A stretch of 64,000 bases of DNA from the human T2T-CHM13v2.0 reference genome, Homo sapiens: the NCBI RefSeq assembly GCF_009914755.1, contig NC_060926.1; one strand, given 5' to 3'. Of the stretch, positions 58,900-64,000 are shown piece by piece. The notes beneath the pieces are model-generated. The model did not search any database, was not told the origin of the DNA, and saw only the letters and a list, made by a program, of their open reading frames with translations. Position numbers and translations under genes: made by a program. How positions within the stretch are numbered: position 1 is the stretch's first letter; each line of letters starts with the position of its first letter.

Positions 58900-59400
58900 A
58901 CACATGTATACTGACCTGGTTGACTCAGATGACACAGTCAGCATTTCCCCCCATCTCTCAGCTCTTTCGTTTTATGTCTGTTGACCTCATTCTCTTGTAG
59001 ATGGGCTTTCTCTATTTGGTGGTAGTAAGTTAGAAGGAGAGGGTCAGGAAATGTGAGATGTGGAAGTGTGGCTACAAAGAACTTCAAAATTATACTGGTC
59101 TCATCTAGTAACTGGTGTCATATAGTAACTCCAAAATAGAGTCTCTCATCCTGCATCTATATAGAAAACACCAAGAAAAGATTCTGATTGGCCCAGTTTA
59201 GGTTAAATACATCCAACCTTGAGTCAATTGCTGTGGCCAGGGCAATGAGATACCAGGATGGGCCAAGTCTAAAAAATATTTTCATTCCTGGCCAGGGAAA
59301 TAGAATACTGAATTGGCACCCTTGCCTAAGCCAGTGGGGGAGAGAAAGAAATAATATGTATTACCAAAAAAGAGTGAGGAGATTCTAGTCCAATAAAAAC
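58900..59400 (-). mobile_element. Old MaLR (MLT1K/L-like) remnant
   Basis: TTCTGATTGGCCCAG...CCTTGAGTCAATTGCTGTGGCCAGGG. Confidence 0.5.
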
Positions 59401-59744
59401 TAATATTCACCAAGGGTGCCCTCACCATCTATTGGCAGTGGTGAAAACCAGCTAATCCATTCAACTATCATGGGATAAGCTTCAAATTGCTTGGTGGGAT
59501 AGAATCATAACCTTTTATAAAATTCTCAGTCTCACGACATTCTTGTCCATCTGTTTATTTGCACAGTGCCTAATAAAGAGCCAACTAATTTGACAGTTGA
59601 ATGGATTCCAAGAGACAAAGAGACCTGGGTCTTGGAAGATTCAACTATAATGTGTCTAAGAGATTTACCAACCAAGAAAAGAGCACCCACATTCTTTCAC
59701 TTCACTTCTTGTGTTCTTTAATAATTTCTCTATGACAAAAAGCA

Positions 59745-60200
59745 GCTTTATTAATCAGGTCTCTTAGTTGCAGACAGTCAACTCAAACCAGCCTGCATAA
59801 GAGAGAAATATCTTTTTTCATATTATTAAAACTTCGAGGAATATATAGATCCCGGCACTAAAATGTTGTAACTTCTTGTTCTCTCTTAATGTTTTGGCCG
59901 CTGCTGTGGCTTTACGTTCAGGCTTGCTCTTTTCTATGGTGGGCAAAATTGGATGCTCCAAGTTTATGTAGCCTTAGTCCTTGCCATCCCTAAGGAAAAT
60001 AGCATATCTCTGAAGAGCAGAAAAGTCCTGGTGAGACTTCTTATTTTTCCAGCTTGAGTCACATATTCTATCCCGGACCAATCACATAGGCCATGCACAA
60101 GTTTAGATATTTTCAGGTTGGGCTCACTTTATTCCACATGGAATGCGTTCCTCACAGAAAAAAGGTGTTCTGTTTCTAGGAAGTATGTAATAGGCTACCA
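59745..60200 (-). mobile_element. Old MaLR (MLT1K/L/N-like) remnant
   Basis: TTAGTTGCAGACAG...AACTCAAACCAGC; TGAGTCACATATTCTATCCCGGACCAATCAC. Confidence 0.5.
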
Positions 60201-61019
60201 CAATCCAGGACAGAGGCAGGGCAGGTTGCACTGTATTTATAAGCTCACAACCATAGGAACACTATCTATGTGGTTCCAAAGAAGTATATTTTCTCAAGAC
60301 CAATTTAAAGTAGATATTTTGATACAGTTATTTCCAATATATAGCTTCTATTTTGGAATGAGTGAACCTCAGAATAAAGGAGGTATTCTGTTTTGTGCAT
60401 AATTTGTTAATAATATAAAAACTGAAATTGTAATATTTTAGGTCATGTTTAGATGTCTGTTACATAAATGGGTAGGTCAGAGAAGCTACATGGAAACATA
60501 ATGTAAAGCCTACATATGAGAGCAGAGACATACCTTTATGGGCACCTGCTCCTACTTTTTAGCACCCATCTGACTAGCAAGGGCCAGAAGAGAAATCAAG
60601 TCTTTAATAAACAGGAACAACCTAATGGCTATTAAATAAATTAAGTATGTTTATCATGGCACTATATCTGAGTGCTACTGACAAGAGTACAGACTCAGTG
60701 CTTCTCCCAGCACATATTGTCTAAGAATATATCATCAGACACAAAGCGATATTTTTAACATCTCAAGATCTCTGGCTTATGTTGGAGCATAACATTTTTA
60801 CTCCTCTGCTTATAATATATAATGGAATACAGTATAATATTCTACAGATAAAGATATTTTATAGACACCTAGTGATACAAGTATATCTCTGAAAACATGT
60901 TCATAATATGAGTACTTATCTTAGTACTGGTAACAAATACCTGGAAAATTAGAAGCTTAAACACAACTAAGTTTATTTTTGTGTCTAGTAAAAATCCTGT
61001 AGGTAAACAGAATAAGACT

Positions 61020-61382
61020 TGTGTGGCAGTGATGCAATGGCCTGGATCTAGGCTCATATTTAATTGCTCTACTGCACACAGTTTTATTCTCAAGTTCAAG
61101 TTATTCTCAAGCTAGAGCTGTAGCCACCTAATTCATGTTCACCAGGTGGATAGTGAAAAAGACTCAAGAAGGTAGTCTCCTGCCTTTTAAAGGAATTTCT
61201 TTGAATACACACACGTTTCTACTTAACATCTTATTTGCCAACTCTAAGCCCCATGGCTACACGTAGTTACGAAGGAAAATGGTTAACATTACCTTTTAGG
61301 CAGGTGGCAAAGTGACCAGTCGAAGCTGAGGTTTTTAGTAAGGAGAATGAATGTTGAAAAGCAACTACAACCCCTACCACAA
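61020..61382 (-). mobile_element. Old MaLR (MLT1I/J-like) remnant
   Basis: TTCTACTTAACATCTTATTTGCCAACTCTAAGCCCCATGGCTACAC...CCTACCACA. Confidence 0.45.
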
Positions 61383-62279
61383 TCTACTTACCATTAATTC
61401 CAGGGAGATAGGAATCAAGCATTAAGCACATTTCTAAATATGTGTGCTACAATTATGAAAATGAGAGCCCATAAAAGAAGAAATTATTGCATATTTTTTC
61501 TATAATTGAAATCTGTTAATTCACATTTTTTCATTATATTCTAAATATGGGCACTGGGGTCAACAAACTCATTAGAAATTATTAAACACCAAAGTATCCT
61601 ATGAATAAATTAAGGTACATTTTCAAGGACAATTTGCTCTTTATTTTGATGAATGGTAATCTAGTGGTAACCTTTCTTTTATAACTTTATCATATAGTTG
61701 TGAAACATTTGAGAGTACCACAATAGAATGGCACTAACTTCTTCAAATCTGTAAGAACAAAAATCATTTAGCTATTTGAAATAACGGTAAGGTTTGTTCA
61801 TTTGTGTGACCTTTACAAATGTAAATTTCCTTGCTAGCAATTCTGTTAGCTGTAGGCTTCCAAAAAAACAGAAATTGTACCGCATATTTTCTTCCCCAAA
61901 GGCTTAACTAGTTTCTAAGCCAATGAAGAATGGGATCATACAGCTATGGTAGAGTTGACCCTTCGTCAGTGGGGTGCACAGATTTGCACTTTCTTCAACA
62001 ACCTCTCATCCAAATAACCAATAATCTACATTTTTAGCATAGCTAACTTGAGTTGTGGTCTAGGCCTTAAATAGAGCTTAATATTTTTACAATTTTCTTC
62101 ACTAAAACTATGTTATAGCAACAAACATTTCCCAGCTGGTGGGTTAGGAGTCAGAGTGCCATAAGAAAAAAGTTTTAGGAGTAATGAAATGATCAAAGAC
62201 AATATTTTACCCATATTAATGATCTTGATCTCATTATTTGAAATATGGCAACAACAACAAAATAAACGATTTAAATGGC

Positions 62280-63275
62280 AATGCTAGAGAATCCCTATAA
62301 TAAAATATAGCAATATTGTTAGGATGTAATATAACTACAAAAAGTCATGTTTTCAATGACTTGCATGACACAAGGAAATGCTTACAATGTATTTCATAAT
62401 TATAATAATTATGAAAATTAAATTTGGAACATTTAGAAAATACAAAAAAAGACAGGAAAAATGAATATCACCTGCAATTCCAACCATCAGGAATTGCTAT
62501 GACAGAGAGAGATAAATAACCAGATAGAACTTTCTCTCTCTCTCATATACTGTTTCTGAGGGTATGCAGAGCAGGTTTTATATGATAGTCACATGATTTC
62601 AGGAAACCACATTTTTTTACGTTTCTCCACTGTATGCAACTTTCATTCTGAAAGTCAGACAAGATTATGCATAAACACACATATACACACACAGAGGTAG
62701 TGTATATATTTGTTTCAATGTTATAACATTTATATTAATAAATTATATTAATATTTAATACTAATGTTTCTCAGAATACTATTGTTTGAAAACGTTTCAA
62801 CTTCATCGTAATATCTTAGATGAATAAAATAATTGATTTGCTAATGACTTATTAGTGTTATTTGTTTTGTTTTTCATGTATTTGTTTTTATATAATGCTA
62901 TGATCAACTCCTCAAACATAAATAGTTATATCATTATTTTAAAGGAGTAAATTCCTCTAAATGGGTAAACAAATATGAATATATTGTAGCGGTTGACAAA
63001 ACTGCCTCCCAAGTAAGTTATTACTTGACATAACATTAAAACTACAAAACTGTATACATAGAATTTAACAAATATAAGTACATGTTTGTAATTTACATAT
63101 AAGTATCCATATACACCATGAGTTAAAAAAAAACAGAAGGAAATTAATGAACACATTAACAGTGGTTATCTCTAAATGGTGGGAGTGCAGGTAAAAAATT
63201 TTATTTATGTGTTTTTGTATTTTTTTAAATTTCTAAATTGTTTATACTTTTGTAATAAGATAAAAATGTTAATCT
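62280..63275. mobile_element. Degenerate L1M 3' fragments in mixed orientation
   Basis: TTAACAGTGGTTATCTCTAAATGGTGGGAGTGCAGG (L1ME 3' end-like) and antisense GGAGTAAATTCC...GACAAAACTGCCTCCC. Confidence 0.45.
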
Positions 63276-64000
63276 AAAAATCCACTGCAATTTAACATTT
63301 GTTATATTTCACTTTTTATCAATTCTATTGTATTTTGTCAATTTATATTTAGTCAAGAATAATGCTGTAATTTATATTAATCAGTACAGGGAAATTCAGA
63401 AAACTTTATAATTCATAATATATCTACAGTGCTGAGATGGCTAAATCAATACCTTGAAAGTGAGTCATTTCATGAGTACATGTTATTAACCCAATATGTA
63501 GTAAATAATAAATGTTTGAAAACTTTTACAAATAAATACTGAAAAATTGTTTTTTCTATATTCTTTCTAGCTTTTAATGATCCTTTTGTAAGTATTATTA
63601 TTATTGCAGTATGTGGTTCTGGACATGCACAAGAAAATTTTTAAAAGATAGACAATCCTGTGAGTTTAGACTAGAGAAAAGCAGTTAGAATTAATTTGGA
63701 AAAAAATGAATATATAAAAAGTATAATTGCTTTTGCACTTATCACCAGTGACATTGCCATTGTCATCATTAATCTGTCTCTGTACATTACAAGCACTTTA
63801 TTATAGTTAATGGTCCATTTCTCATTTAACTTCACTCTGCCTCTATATCTTCCTTTATTAAGTGAGTACTAAGTGAACTCTTTACAAAACTTAATTCTAT
63901 ACAGTAAATATCTGCATTTTCTCTTGTATTTTCTAATCATCTGTACCTATGCCCCTAATTTCTATTTAATATTAAATTAGCTACAAAGCATTCATATATA

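Overview
This is AT-rich, repeat-dense primate (very probably human) genomic DNA that looks intergenic or deep-intronic. I found no intact protein-coding gene, no RNA gene, no CRISPR array and no prokaryotic feature. The one gene-derived feature is a near-full-length, intronless, very well preserved processed pseudogene of CACYBP (calcyclin-binding protein/SIP) on the minus strand at about 17934-18975. It has a target-site duplication (TSD), a CpG-rich 5'UTR, a 2-nt frameshift near codon 23, and an uninterrupted 185-codon downstream frame that starts at TTG instead of ATG. The rest is a layered record of transposons: the 3' half of an L1PA2/3, a full-length L1PA7-like element, short L1PA fragments, older L1M/L2/MIR remnants, six Alus, many solo LTRs (ERV1, MaLR, MLT2) including a four-level nest, and a Tigger2-derived DNA transposon with both terminal inverted repeats. 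Most ORFs in the supplied track are repeat-derived or chance frames, many with non-ATG starts. I do not see convincing evidence of a previously undescribed biological system; the findings are modest structural observations. Subfamily names come from my recall of consensus sequences, not from an alignment, and the boundaries of old repeats are approximate.
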